In this document: piece by piece, positions 1 through 8,862 of the stretch
How the letters are laid out: every line of letters begins with the position of its first letter
Position numbering within the stretch: the stretch's first letter is position 1
The notes under the pieces: model-generated
Database searches by the model: none
What the model was told of the DNA's origin: nothing
What the model saw: the letters and a program-made list of their open reading frames with translations, nothing else
Position numbers and translations under genes: made by a program
DNA from: Candidatus Kerfeldbacteria bacterium
GTDB lineage: Bacteria; Patescibacteriota; Patescibacteriia; UBA9570; XYC2-FULL-38-9
Reading direction: 5' to 3'
Length of the DNA: 53,289 bases
NCBI GenBank assembly: GCA_016182555.1
Contig: JACPGJ010000006.1
Span: 1-53,289 of the forward strand

Positions 1-150
1 AAAGAAGGAAAACGATACAAAGAAGCAACTGTCGCAACAGCAAGAAAAATACTCTACCGAGTATTTGCCGTATGGAAAAGAGGCGCGCCCTACGAAAAAC
101 GTAATGATATTTCCTCTGAGAAAAATGTATCTAAAAAGTTATCCACTTGA
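1..150 (+). mobile_element. IS110-family transposase, C-terminal fragment (5' part outside window)
   Basis: Frame +1 reads KEGKRYKEATVATARKILYRVFAVWKRGAPYEKR...KKLST*, matching the GKxxKxAxxAxARK...Y tail typical of IS110/IS1111 transposases. TTGACA at 147-152 overlaps the stop codon. Not in the ORF track. Confidence 0.75.
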
Positions 151-256
151 CACGAGATTCCAGGTCTCGAACTGGCAGGTGGTGGAGAAAAAAGTGCGGT
201 TTTGTTGGGCGAATGAATGGGACATGGCCGCACGGAACGGTACATTTTGCGGAATG

Positions 257-328
257 AGCGGGTAGCGGGAGTCGAACCCGCGTCATCAGTTTGGAAAACT
301 GAGATAATAGCCGTTATACGATACCCGC
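257..328 (-). tRNA. tRNA-Gly(TCC)
   Basis: Cloverleaf GCGGGTA...TACCCGC; anticodon arm TCAGT-TT-TCC-AA-ACTGA; T-loop GTTCGAC. Confidence 0.95.
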
Positions 329-426
329 AAATGAGTGACGTAGGAAATAGTGTAGCTGAAATACTCTATTTAATCAAGAGAATGGTATTTGATGTTCAAA
401 AAATAATTTCTATGAATCGGTGACTG

Positions 427-1545
427 TTATTTTTTACCACCGGTTTGAAAATACATAGCTCGTTTGTCTGGATCAATCAATGTTTCGTATGCTTCAGATA
501 ATTTTTTAAATTCTGCCTCTTTCTTTTCATTGCCTGGATGAAGATCAGGATGGCACTCCTTTACTAATCTATAATACGTGGGTCTAATGATTGTTTTAAT
601 TTCTTTTTCCGTTTTACCCACAAAATCTTTTATTGTCACACCAAAAATATTCAAAAACTGTAAGGATTCCACAGAAGCTTTTTGAATATCAAAATGGAAT
701 ACTCGATCATCATCCAATACTGATTTTTTTGCATCCTCAGCTGACATCATGCCAGTAAGCCACGCGAAAGCGGAATCTCCTTGAGAAAAGCCACTTTTTG
801 AAAATGCTCGTTCATGCTTTTCGCATAGTTCCATAACACGCTGACGCAAGGCTTTGAAATCAGCAATGGTACGAGAATTATAATGTGCTATACTCGTTGA
901 ACGAGATTCAGCAAGCATGGCACTCCATACCGCTCGATCAACCAAAAGTGTTCTGCGAATATTCGCCAGGGTACGAAAATCAACCGGTAAAATGAGCCCT
1001 TTCGCTGAAGGGGTGTCTTGTAACGGTTGAACTGTTTCACGAACTACGGCCAATAACCCACGAAGTTCATCAGCATATAATTGCAGCGAAGAAGGCCCTC
1101 GAGCATCACGCCTCTCCTCCAATTTAGACTGTAATGGAATAACATCTGCTGGTATTCCCTGAAAAGCTGCTGCTGGTAGAGCGCCATAGATTCCTTGTAA
1201 AATAGTATCAATTCCCTCTACAATACGTTGAGTTGATTCCGCACACTGTCTTTGCTTATCTGCTCTATATGGTTCCTCTTGCCGTCCAGCGACACCAAGC
1301 GCTGAACCTTCTGATCCGAACGCGCCACTCCATATCACTGTCGTTACTGGTTGTAAAAACAATTCCTGGATGCGTTGTGTTACACGATACACATCTTCTG
1401 TTTTTGAACGATCACTCCCATCAAACTGTGCGGCAAATTTTTGTTCTAAATCTGTAATTGTCGTGCCTAAAGCTGACCAACCCTCTTTGTCAGCTGGATC
1501 CTCTTGTTTTGGTGATTTATCAAACCAGTTCTTAAAAAAACCCAT
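427..1545 (-). CDS. Protein with C-terminal J-domain (DnaJ-like, type III)
   Basis: C-terminus YYRLVKECHPDLHPGNEKKEAEFKKLSEAYETLIDPDKRAMY carries the HPD motif. The N-terminal ~300 aa are not recognised. Confidence 0.85.
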   Translation of the reverse strand: MGFFKNWFDKSPKQEDPADKEGWSALGTTITDLEQKFAAQFDGSDRSKTEDVYRVTQRIQELFLQPVTTVIWSGAFGSEGSALGVAGRQEEPYRADKQRQCAESTQRIVEGIDTILQGIYGALPAAAFQGIPADVIPLQSKLEERRDARGPSSLQLYADELRGLLAVVRETVQPLQDTPSAKGLILPVDFRTLANIRRTLLVDRAVWSAMLAESRSTSIAHYNSRTIADFKALRQRVMELCEKHERAFSKSGFSQGDSAFAWLTGMMSAEDAKKSVLDDDRVFHFDIQKASVESLQFLNIFGVTIKDFVGKTEKEIKTIIRPTYYRLVKECHPDLHPGNEKKEAEFKKLSEAYETLIDPDKRAMYFQTGGKK

Positions 1546-1584
1546 GAACGTGTATTTAAATAAAGTATTATTAAAAATAATGAA

Positions 1585-1650
1585 CTATTTTTTCTTGTCC
1601 TTTTTTGGTTTCTTTGTCTCTTTTTTATGCGAGTTATTTCCTTTAGCCAT
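1585..1650 (-). CDS. Putative 21-aa Lys-rich small protein MAKGNNSHKKETKKPKKDKKK
   Basis: Clean ATG..TAG frame below the ORF-track cutoff, 39 nt upstream of and co-oriented with the J-domain gene. Confidence 0.55.
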   Translation of the reverse strand: MAKGNNSHKKETKKPKKDKKK

Positions 1651-1745
1651 AAATAGAAAGTGATTATGTTATCGTCATTTACTGAAATGAGTATATCCTA
1701 AAAGCACATTGTTTACAAGCCACTATTTGTTATTGAGAATGGTAT

Positions 1746-1775
1746 TTGACAAACGCAACTCAGTTGCATTATAGT
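1746..1775 (+). promoter_or_regulatory. Sigma70 promoter with palindromic operator (putative Zur box)
   Basis: TTGACA (1746-1751), 18 nt, TATAGT (1770-1775). The spacer holds the inverted repeat GCAAC-TCA-GTTGC. ATG lies 6 nt after the -10. Confidence 0.75.
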
Positions 1776-1781
1776 ATATTC

Positions 1782-2204
1782 ATGCCACTTCATATAACAC
1801 TTATTGAACAATTGAAAAATGCAGGACATCGCATGACCACCACACGACGTGAAATTATTATACTGCTCTCTGAATGCACCGCGCCCATTACGGCGATGGA
1901 ATTATTGGCCCAGTTAAAAAAACGTCACCGTGCGGTGAACAAAACGACAGTGTACCGTGAGCTTGATTTCTTACAAGCACAACAGTTGATTCATGTTGTC
2001 CAATTTGGTGAAGGACACAAGCATTTTGAACTTGCCGAAACGGAACACCATCATCATTTACGTTGCATAAAATGTGAACGTGTAGAAGATGTGCATGTTG
2101 ATAATGAATTGCGGTTAGCGGAGAGACAAATTCGCAAAAAAAGTCGGTTCAAAATTATGAATCATTCTCTGGAATTTTTTGGTTTATGTGTACAATGTCA
2201 ATAA
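1782..2204 (+). CDS. zur: Fur-family regulator, Zur-like
   Basis: RMTTTRREII, NKTTVYRELDFL, HHHHLRCIKC...HSLEFFGLCVQC; directly upstream of znuCB. Start moved from TTG 1746 to ATG 1782. Confidence 0.88.
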   Translation: MPLHITLIEQLKNAGHRMTTTRREIIILLSECTAPITAMELLAQLKKRHRAVNKTTVYRELDFLQAQQLIHVVQFGEGHKHFELAETEHHHHLRCIKCERVEDVHVDNELRLAERQIRKKSRFKIMNHSLEFFGLCVQCQ

Positions 2205-2205
2205 T

Positions 2206-2982
2206 ATGAATCCCAACCCAACCTCTCCATCTCCATCCAGCAGTTGTGTGGAATTCCACCGCGTGAATTTCCAATATGATAGCACACCCGTCTTGCACGA
2301 TATTAATTTTCGTATTGATTTTGGAGATTATGTGGGTATTTTAGGGCCGAACGGCAGCGGAAAAACCACTGTACTGAAAATTATGTTGGGTTTGCTCAAA
2401 CCGACCAGCGGTATGGTGAAGCTCTTTGGCGAAGACATAAACTATTTCAAAGATTTTTCTTGGATTGGGTATGTCTCTCAATGGGTGTCGCATTCGGGGT
2501 GGGGGTTCCCGGCAACTGTGCAAGAGGTGGTGCGTACTGGTCGTATTGCCAAGGTAGGCATACTGCGCCGGTTTCAACCAGAGGATTATGCTGCGGTTGA
2601 ACAAGCAATGGAAACGACGGGTATTCGTCAATTTGCTAACCGTTTAATTACTCAGTTGTCGGGCGGTGAACGGCAGCGCGTATTTATTGCACGTGCCTTG
2701 GCTGCACAGCCGAAGATGCTTATTTTAGACGAACCCACGGTCGGCGTTGATTTACCTTCTCAAGAACAATTTTATACCTTGATTCGCAAGTTGAATGAAG
2801 AAATGGGCATGACGATTATTTTTGTTTCACATGATATTGACGTGATCACTCACGAATCAAAAAATATTCTGTGTTTAAACCGTGAGCTCATTTGTCATGT
2901 GGCATCAAAAGATTTTATTAGCAGTGAACACTTAGAAAAATTGTACGGACGCAAGGGGAAATATATTTTACACGGACACTAA
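2206..2982 (+). CDS. znuC: Zn/Mn ABC transporter ATP-binding protein
   Basis: Walker A GPNGSGKT, LSGGERQRV, ILDEPT, VSHD; C-terminal CLNRELICH. Confidence 0.92.
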   Translation: MNPNPTSPSPSSSCVEFHRVNFQYDSTPVLHDINFRIDFGDYVGILGPNGSGKTTVLKIMLGLLKPTSGMVKLFGEDINYFKDFSWIGYVSQWVSHSGWGFPATVQEVVRTGRIAKVGILRRFQPEDYAAVEQAMETTGIRQFANRLITQLSGGERQRVFIARALAAQPKMLILDEPTVGVDLPSQEQFYTLIRKLNEEMGMTIIFVSHDIDVITHESKNILCLNRELICHVASKDFISSEHLEKLYGRKGKYILHGH

Positions 2983-2983
2983 T

Positions 2984-3784
2984 ATGCTAGATATCTTTCA
3001 ATTCGATTTCATGATTCGTGCATTTATCGCTGGAGGAGTAATTGCTATTTGCGCTCCGTTCATTGGTACGTTTTTAGTGGTACGTAGATATTCTTTAATG
3101 GCCGATACCTTGGCGCATGTGGCATTAGCTGGTGTGGCTGTCGGGTTGCTCACCAAAACTCAACCCATAGTGACCGCCATCATTGCGGCGGTGGTTGCGG
3201 CCATTGGTATTGAACGTTTGCGTAGTACGAAGCGTATTTTTGGTGAATCTGTATTGGCACTTTTTCTTTCGGGAAGTTTAGCGATTGCGGCGGTGTTGCT
3301 GAGCCTGGCAAAAGGATTTAATGTGAATTTATTTTCTTTTTTGTTTGGCAGCATTGCAACCGTTACCCCCACAGATCTTTCTATTATTGTGACATTAGGC
3401 ATCGTCGTGTGTGTTCTTATTCTCGCGCTCTATAAAGAATTATTTTTTGTTTCATTTGATGAAGAGTTAGCGAAAGCGAATGGGTTACGCGTGCGAATGT
3501 TAAATATGTTATTGGTCATTTTAGCCGCGGTGACAGTGGCATTGGCTATGCGCATTGTGGGCGTGCTGCTCATTGGTGCGCTGATGGTCATTCCGGTTAT
3601 TACCGCCATGCAAGTGGCGCGTAGTTTTCTTCACACAATGGTTATCGCTGTCATGGTTTCCCTGGTTGCGGTTTATAGTGGGCTTTTCTTTTCCTATTAC
3701 TTGGATTTAGCCAGTGGTGGCACAATTGTCGTTGTCGCGCTTCTCTTTTTCATTATCAGTACGGTTATTCAAAAACGAGTATAA
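2984..3784 (+). CDS. znuB: Zn/Mn ABC transporter permease (ABC-3)
   Basis: FMIRAF, LMADTLAHVALAG, FLFGSI, SFDEELA, VGVLLIGALMVIP motifs. Confidence 0.93.
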   Translation: MLDIFQFDFMIRAFIAGGVIAICAPFIGTFLVVRRYSLMADTLAHVALAGVAVGLLTKTQPIVTAIIAAVVAAIGIERLRSTKRIFGESVLALFLSGSLAIAAVLLSLAKGFNVNLFSFLFGSIATVTPTDLSIIVTLGIVVCVLILALYKELFFVSFDEELAKANGLRVRMLNMLLVILAAVTVALAMRIVGVLLIGALMVIPVITAMQVARSFLHTMVIAVMVSLVAVYSGLFFSYYLDLASGGTIVVVALLFFIISTVIQKRV

Positions 3785-3794
3785 TACACAAAAT

Positions 3795-3823
3795 AAAACA
3801 GCCCTCGTTGTGAGGGCTGTTTT
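3795..3823. terminator. Bidirectional intrinsic terminator
   Basis: AAAACAGCCCTC-gttgt-GAGGGCTGTTTT between convergent genes. Confidence 0.85.
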
Positions 3824-3833
3824 GATATCGACA

Positions 3834-4667
3834 TTATTCTTGTTCTGTATCGTCTGTGCCTTCGTTCGTGTTGTTATCTGTCCAATCTTTTTCCATGACA
3901 CGTAAGCGTACTTCGGCTTTTGCTAAGTTTGCTCGTGCTTTCAAAAATGATTTTCCAGCGCTGGCCATATCTTCCACATCGGAGTCATCATCACCATCTT
4001 TTGCTGCAGCGTAGAGTGTTGCTCCCGCGTCATAATCTGCTTGTGCAAGTATAATTAAAGCTTCAGTGCGAGTCGTGTCATAACCCAGTGTTTGATAAGC
4101 ATCAGCGGTGAGCTGTGCATAGTTTAAGCTCCATTGCATGTACGTATTAAATGCTTTCACTTTCAATTGCAGGAATTCGAAAGCTGTGTCTTTGAACGCG
4201 TCTTTGTTTGCAACAAAGTAATCTTCAATCTCTTGCAGCTGCGCATCTAATTGCGCGGTTGCTTCTTCTTCTGTGATTGTTGTTGCTTGGAGGTCGGCAT
4301 CAATTGCTTGCACTGCTTCTAATTGTACACGAACCTCTGAACGGATCACCATAAGTTGAGTGAACATGATTTTTTTCTCTGCAACATTTGCAAAAAGAAG
4401 AAAAGGAATTTTTGAATAGGCCGTTTCAATGTCGGCGTCTGCTTGCGTCAACACATCTTCTGCGGTTGCGATGCGTATTTCAACATCCGACGCACCGGAA
4501 TCTTCTAACGCTTGAATTTCCGTGATACGGGATTCAATACGTGTTTGTAATTCATTGACTGCTGCTTGCAATTTTTCTTGTGCGGTTTGCGCATGAACAG
4601 CAGGAGCTGCCACGAACAGAATACTGAGCATCGCTCCAGATAGAGCGCCGATCGTTTTTTTCTTCAT
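3834..4667 (-). CDS. Secreted, Ala-rich helical hypothetical protein
   Basis: Signal peptide MKKKTIGALSGAMLSILFVAAPAVHA; long open frame; start placed at ATG 4667. Confidence 0.75.
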   Translation of the reverse strand: MKKKTIGALSGAMLSILFVAAPAVHAQTAQEKLQAAVNELQTRIESRITEIQALEDSGASDVEIRIATAEDVLTQADADIETAYSKIPFLLFANVAEKKIMFTQLMVIRSEVRVQLEAVQAIDADLQATTITEEEATAQLDAQLQEIEDYFVANKDAFKDTAFEFLQLKVKAFNTYMQWSLNYAQLTADAYQTLGYDTTRTEALIILAQADYDAGATLYAAAKDGDDDSDVEDMASAGKSFLKARANLAKAEVRLRVMEKDWTDNNTNEGTDDTEQE

Positions 4668-4775
4668 AGAAAACGTTGAATGATTAATTATTGTATAGTA
4701 TATCCTCAACAATACTGTTGAGTCAACGCGTTATTGGTCGAACTGGGGTTACAGTGTATGGGTATGGCGTTGATT

Positions 4776-4849
4776 TGGTCGGGCTGCCGAGAATTGAACT
4801 CGGTCTACATCCACCCCATGGACGCGTACTACCGGTATACTACAGCCCG
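4776..4849 (-). tRNA. tRNA-Pro(GGG)
   Basis: CGGGCTG acceptor; anticodon loop ATGGGGT; encoded CCA. Confidence 0.93.
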
Positions 4850-4935
4850 TTATGGTAAAAACTATTGTAGCACATCAACTGTGTGCGTCTACCTGCCCGC
4901 TAGCCCGTGCTTTATTTTTCCTTTATACTATGTGC

Positions 4936-5448
4936 ATGAAAGAATTATTTTTGACGTATGACGATATTCATCGTCTGTGCCAGAAGGTGGCCAAAGAGAT
5001 AACCGTAGACTCGTGGAAGCCTGATTGTATTGTCGCTATCGCTGGTGGTGGACTGATTCCTGCCCGTATTCTGCGCTTGTTTTTGGAGGTGCCTATTTAT
5101 GTGATTAGTGTACGCCGATATGACGATACAAAACTCGTGAGCCAAGTTCCACAAATCATGCAGTGGTTTGATGACCCGGTGCAACAAGTGGACGGCAAGC
5201 GTATATTGCTTGTGGATGAAGTGGACGATACCCGCGTGACTCTTGCATTTTGTGCGAAGAAAGTGCTGGCGGAAAACCCAGCGAGTTTGCGTATTGCGGT
5301 ACTCACTCAAAAACAGAAACCGAAAGACGCGGAGTTACCTGAAGATGTAGAAAAAGTGTACGCTGCAAAAATTATTGACGACCTGTGGGTGAACCACCCA
5401 TGGGAATCTCAAGATATTGAAAAGCATAATGCTGGCATTCGTACATAA
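4936..5448 (+). CDS. Type I purine phosphoribosyltransferase (xanthine/hypoxanthine-guanine type)
   Basis: IVAIAGGGLIPARIL and PRPP motif ILLVDEVDDTRVTL; C-terminal WVNHPWE. Confidence 0.88.
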   Translation: MKELFLTYDDIHRLCQKVAKEITVDSWKPDCIVAIAGGGLIPARILRLFLEVPIYVISVRRYDDTKLVSQVPQIMQWFDDPVQQVDGKRILLVDEVDDTRVTLAFCAKKVLAENPASLRIAVLTQKQKPKDAELPEDVEKVYAAKIIDDLWVNHPWESQDIEKHNAGIRT

Positions 5449-5470
5449 TATGGGGGATTTTCAGAGAAAT

Positions 5471-5499
5471 AAAAAATACCCGTATCACGGGTATTTTTT
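5471..5499. terminator. Bidirectional intrinsic terminator
   Basis: AAAAAATACCCG-tatca-CGGGTATTTTTT. Confidence 0.85.
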
Positions 5500-5503
5500 G
5501 TTG

Positions 5504-5577
5504 TCGGGGTGGTGGGACTCGAACCCACGACCCCCTGGTCCCAAACCAGGTGCCCTAGCCAACTGGGCCACACCCCG
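5504..5577 (-). tRNA. tRNA-Pro(TGG)
   Basis: CGGGGTG acceptor; CCTGG-TT-TGG-GA-CCAGG anticodon arm. Confidence 0.95.
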
Positions 5578-5681
5578 AAAAGAATCGCCGATGTATACTA
5601 TCAAATCGAGCGAAAAAGGCAATAGCTTATATAAAAAAATAGAACGCCCCATAATGAGGCGTCTATTTTTTGCGCGCAGTG

Positions 5682-5753
5682 TGCCGGGGGCCAGAATTGA
5701 ACTGGCTACGCCTGCCTTTTCAGGGCAGCGCTCTACCAATGAGCTACCCCGGC
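5682..5753 (-). tRNA. tRNA-Phe(GAA)
   Basis: GCCGGGG acceptor; CTGCC-CT-GAA-AA-GGCAG anticodon arm. Confidence 0.95.
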
Positions 5754-5776
5754 ATATACGGGAGCTATTTTCCGTG

Positions 5777-5850
5777 TGGGCATGTCTGGACTTGAACCAG
5801 AGGCCTCCTCATTATCAGTGAGGTGCTCTAACCAGCTGAGCTACATGCCC
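5777..5850 (-). tRNA. tRNA-Ile(GAT)
   Basis: GGGCATG acceptor; CCTCA-CT-GAT-AA-TGAGG anticodon arm. Confidence 0.95.
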
Positions 5851-5942
5851 AAATTTTTTTTGACTCGGCACAAGATATGCTACCAAAAGTGTATGATGTT
5901 GTAAAGTCACACCCCGGTGATCAATGATTCAATTGATGATTG

Positions 5943-5972
5943 AAAAATGCCCCCAGGTGGGGGCATTTCTTT
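5943..5972 (-). terminator. Terminator downstream of the 16S rRNA gene
   Basis: AAAAATGCCCCC-aggt-GGGGGCATTT hairpin with a T-tract on the minus strand. Confidence 0.75.
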
Positions 5973-6780
5973 GACCGCTGAATACACGATAAGCATCACA
6001 AACCAAAACTGATATTTTTTCACACATTCATAATTGAATGTTCGACCAGTTGAGGCTCATCAACCGAAGTTGAGTCCTCATCTTCTCCCTAGAAAGGAGG
6101 TGATCCACCCACAGCTTCCGCTACGGGTGCCTTGTTACGACTTCATCCTTGTCACCAGTCCTACCTTCGTCCTTTCTTACTGAAAGGCCTTCGGGTATTA
6201 CCGGCTTCCCTGATGTGACGGGCGGTGTGTACAAGACCCGAGAACGTATTCACCGCGCCATGGCTGATACGCGGTTACTAGCGATTCCAACTTCATGAGG
6301 GCGAGTTGCAGCCCTCAATCCGAACTGGGGGAAGGTTTGATGGGATTTGCTCCACCTTACGGTTTGGCGTCCCATTGTTACTTCCCATTGTAGTACGTGT
6401 GTCGCCCCGGTCATAAGGGACATGCTGATTTGACGTCATCCCCACCTTCCTCCCTGTTGTCCAGGGCAGTTTGGTATGACACGTAGTAACATACCATAGG
6501 GGTTGCGCTCGTTAACGGACTTAACCGTACACCTCAAGGCTCGAGCTGACGACAACCATGCAGCACCTGTCTTAGCGCTCCCTTGCGGGCACCCCCCCGT
6601 TTCCGAGAGGTTCGCTAGATGTCAAGACCTGGTAAGGTTCTTCGTTTGTTGTCGATCCCCGTCAATTCCTTTGAGTTTTAAGCTTGCGCTCGTACTCCCC
6701 AGGCGGGATGCTTAACGTGTTAACTTCATGATACCGGGGGGGTCGACTCCCCCAATACCTAGCATCCATCGTTTACGGCG

Positions 6781-6816
<36 letters not shown>

Positions 6817-7072
6817 CGCTTTCGCTCGTGTAGTGTCAGGTGCGTCCAAGTAAGTTGCTTTCGCCATCGGTGTTCCTGCTGATATTAACGCATTTAACTG
6901 CTACACCAGCAATTCCACTTACCCTTTCCGACCTCTAGTTGAGTAGTTTCAAGCACGGATCCGAAGTTAAGCTTCGGGCTTTCATGCCTGACTTACACAA
7001 CCACCGTTGAGCTCTTTACGCCCAGTAAATCCGGATAACGCTTGGGGCCTTCGTATTACCGCTGCTGCTGGC

Positions 7073-7999
7073 CACTAAAATTGATTTTTAGATCTATGTG
7101 GACTATATCACCTTCCATAATTATGGAGGCTCGGCGTCTGATAGAAGTTTAATTCCTGAATATCAGGTACCTTCTATCTCACCCTTACGGGTTCAGTCTC
7201 TGAGGGGTCAAGATGTTTAAATAATGGGAGCTTATACGCAAAACAACTAAGAATATACGGCTGAATGGTTTGAAGAAATTGATCTCGACCACGTTTGCCG
7301 ATATATAATTTAATATACTTTTTCCCTCGTGAAGAAGGAGATTGGATTGACGATTCAATTGAAAATGTATTCCAGAGTACTGTTTGGAGAGTTTTGACCT
7401 CTTTTATAGAAAAGGCATCGGTACTCATTGAAAAAGAGTAATGATATTTTTCTCTAAAATCGAGGGTTCCATCATCCATATACCAAATAGCCAGTGTGAG
7501 CGGTGATTGAAAGAGTTTGGTAATAGTAGAAGGAATAATTTTTCGACCGCCTTGGTAAAATAGTTTTTTTATAGTCGTGAATTCTTCAATATAACGAGTT
7601 CCAAAGTACCATTGATTGTTATCTTGCCGGTGCTGCGGAGGTGTTTTGACTAGGTGAGAAAATTGCTCATATAGCCAGAAAACATACTCTTTTTTTGCTG
7701 CAGTCTGCTTGATTTGCAATCGAGTGCCAATATAACCGTTATATTCTAGTGATCCATCACCAAGGAGTAATCCGATCAGTATATCTTGTTGTTGTTGCGA
7801 TAAGATATTGACCATTATTGTATCATATCCGACTTCCCTGCTGATTGTCTATCGGGATCTTGAATGAATTCAAGACGCAGCCCCATACTAGATTTCCAGC
7901 ATATAAGCCAAGTTTGCTATTCGTCTTACGACGAAAAGTCGCGCACGGTATTTTATCTACGAAATTTTATTGCTATTTGTACTGCTATGTACTTTTTTC
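7073..7999 (-). mobile_element. Group I intron at 16S position 516 (E. coli numbering), 927 nt
   Basis: Exons join as GCTAACTTCGT|GCCAGCAGC. The 5' exon ends in U and the intron ends in G. Core elements P (ATGCTGGAAA), Q (AATCAGCAGG), R (TCAGAGACT) and S (GATATAGTCC) occur in order. Confidence 0.93.
7174..7815 (-). CDS. Intron-encoded double-motif LAGLIDADG homing endonuclease
   Basis: LIGLLLGDGSL and LAIWYMDDGT motifs; ORF starts after Q and runs through R. Confidence 0.92.
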   Translation of the reverse strand: MVNILSQQQQDILIGLLLGDGSLEYNGYIGTRLQIKQTAAKKEYVFWLYEQFSHLVKTPPQHRQDNNQWYFGTRYIEEFTTIKKLFYQGGRKIIPSTITKLFQSPLTLAIWYMDDGTLDFREKYHYSFSMSTDAFSIKEVKTLQTVLWNTFSIESSIQSPSSRGKKYIKLYIGKRGRDQFLQTIQPYILSCFAYKLPLFKHLDPSETEPVRVR

Positions 8000-8124
8000 A
8001 CGAAGTTAGCAGCCCCTTATTCCTGTGGTACCATCGCAAGTTTTTCCCACAGAAAAGCAGTTTACACTCCGAAAAGCGTCTTCCTGCACGCGGCGTCGCT
8101 CCCTCAGACTTTCGTCCATTGGGG

Positions 8125-8179
<55 letters not shown>

Positions 8180-8423
8180 AGGCGGGTCATGCTCTCACAC
8201 CCGCTACCCGTCGTCGCCTTGGTGAGCTTTTACCTCACCAACTAGCTGATAGGCCAAAGGTCCCTCTCGAAGCGAAAAATCATTTACATAGGAATGTCAT
8301 ATGACCTCCTATGTCCATCGGGTATTAGCCACCGTTTCCGGTGGTTGTCCCCGTCTTCGAGGTAGGTTACCACTGTCTTACGCACCCGTTTGCCACTATA
8401 TCGTTCGACTTGCATGCCTTAGA

Positions 8424-8463
<40 letters not shown>

Positions 8464-8764
8464 AATAAAAGAACACTTGATTGCTTAAAGATTGCTCTTT
8501 AAGGCTTTTTTGAATATTGCGTGAACGCAATATCCGGATTTACAGAATTGGTTTATTATCTTATCGTGTATTCAGTTGTCAAATGGCAGACGTTTCTAAA
8601 TCCGCTCCGCAAAAAATATTTCTGCTATTCGCGGAGAATGCAGTACCACTTAAGGCGCAAAAAAACGTCTAAATTTAGGCAAAATGCTTTGTGTTCCGCC
8701 CAAGTTTAGCCGTTTTTCCTACAAAGATTAAATTGTAAGGAAGTTATTTTTCAATTGCCTGTAT

Positions 8765-8793
8765 ATAATACAGATAGTCTAAAAAGCTGTCAA
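8765..8793 (-). promoter_or_regulatory. rRNA promoter
   Basis: Minus strand TTGACA-17 nt-TATTAT about 300 nt upstream of the 16S gene. Confidence 0.75.
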
Positions 8794-8862
8794 GCGGCGA
8801 AGGGTTCGTATTCCAGCACACATTGTGCACAATTTGTAAACACATATACAGGATCAGAAATG

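Noticed and set aside
65-423. ORF-track ORFs 65-265 and 217-423
   Set aside because: They overlap the transposase tail and tRNA-Gly and have no protein motifs
4734-4775. TTGGTCG repeat of the tRNA-Pro 3' end as a possible att site
   Set aside because: Only ~7 nt match and no integrase nearby
8380-8420. Very short V1/h6 region in the 16S
   Set aside because: Variable helix; shortening is common in reduced-genome lineages, unlike the conserved-core gap at 6655
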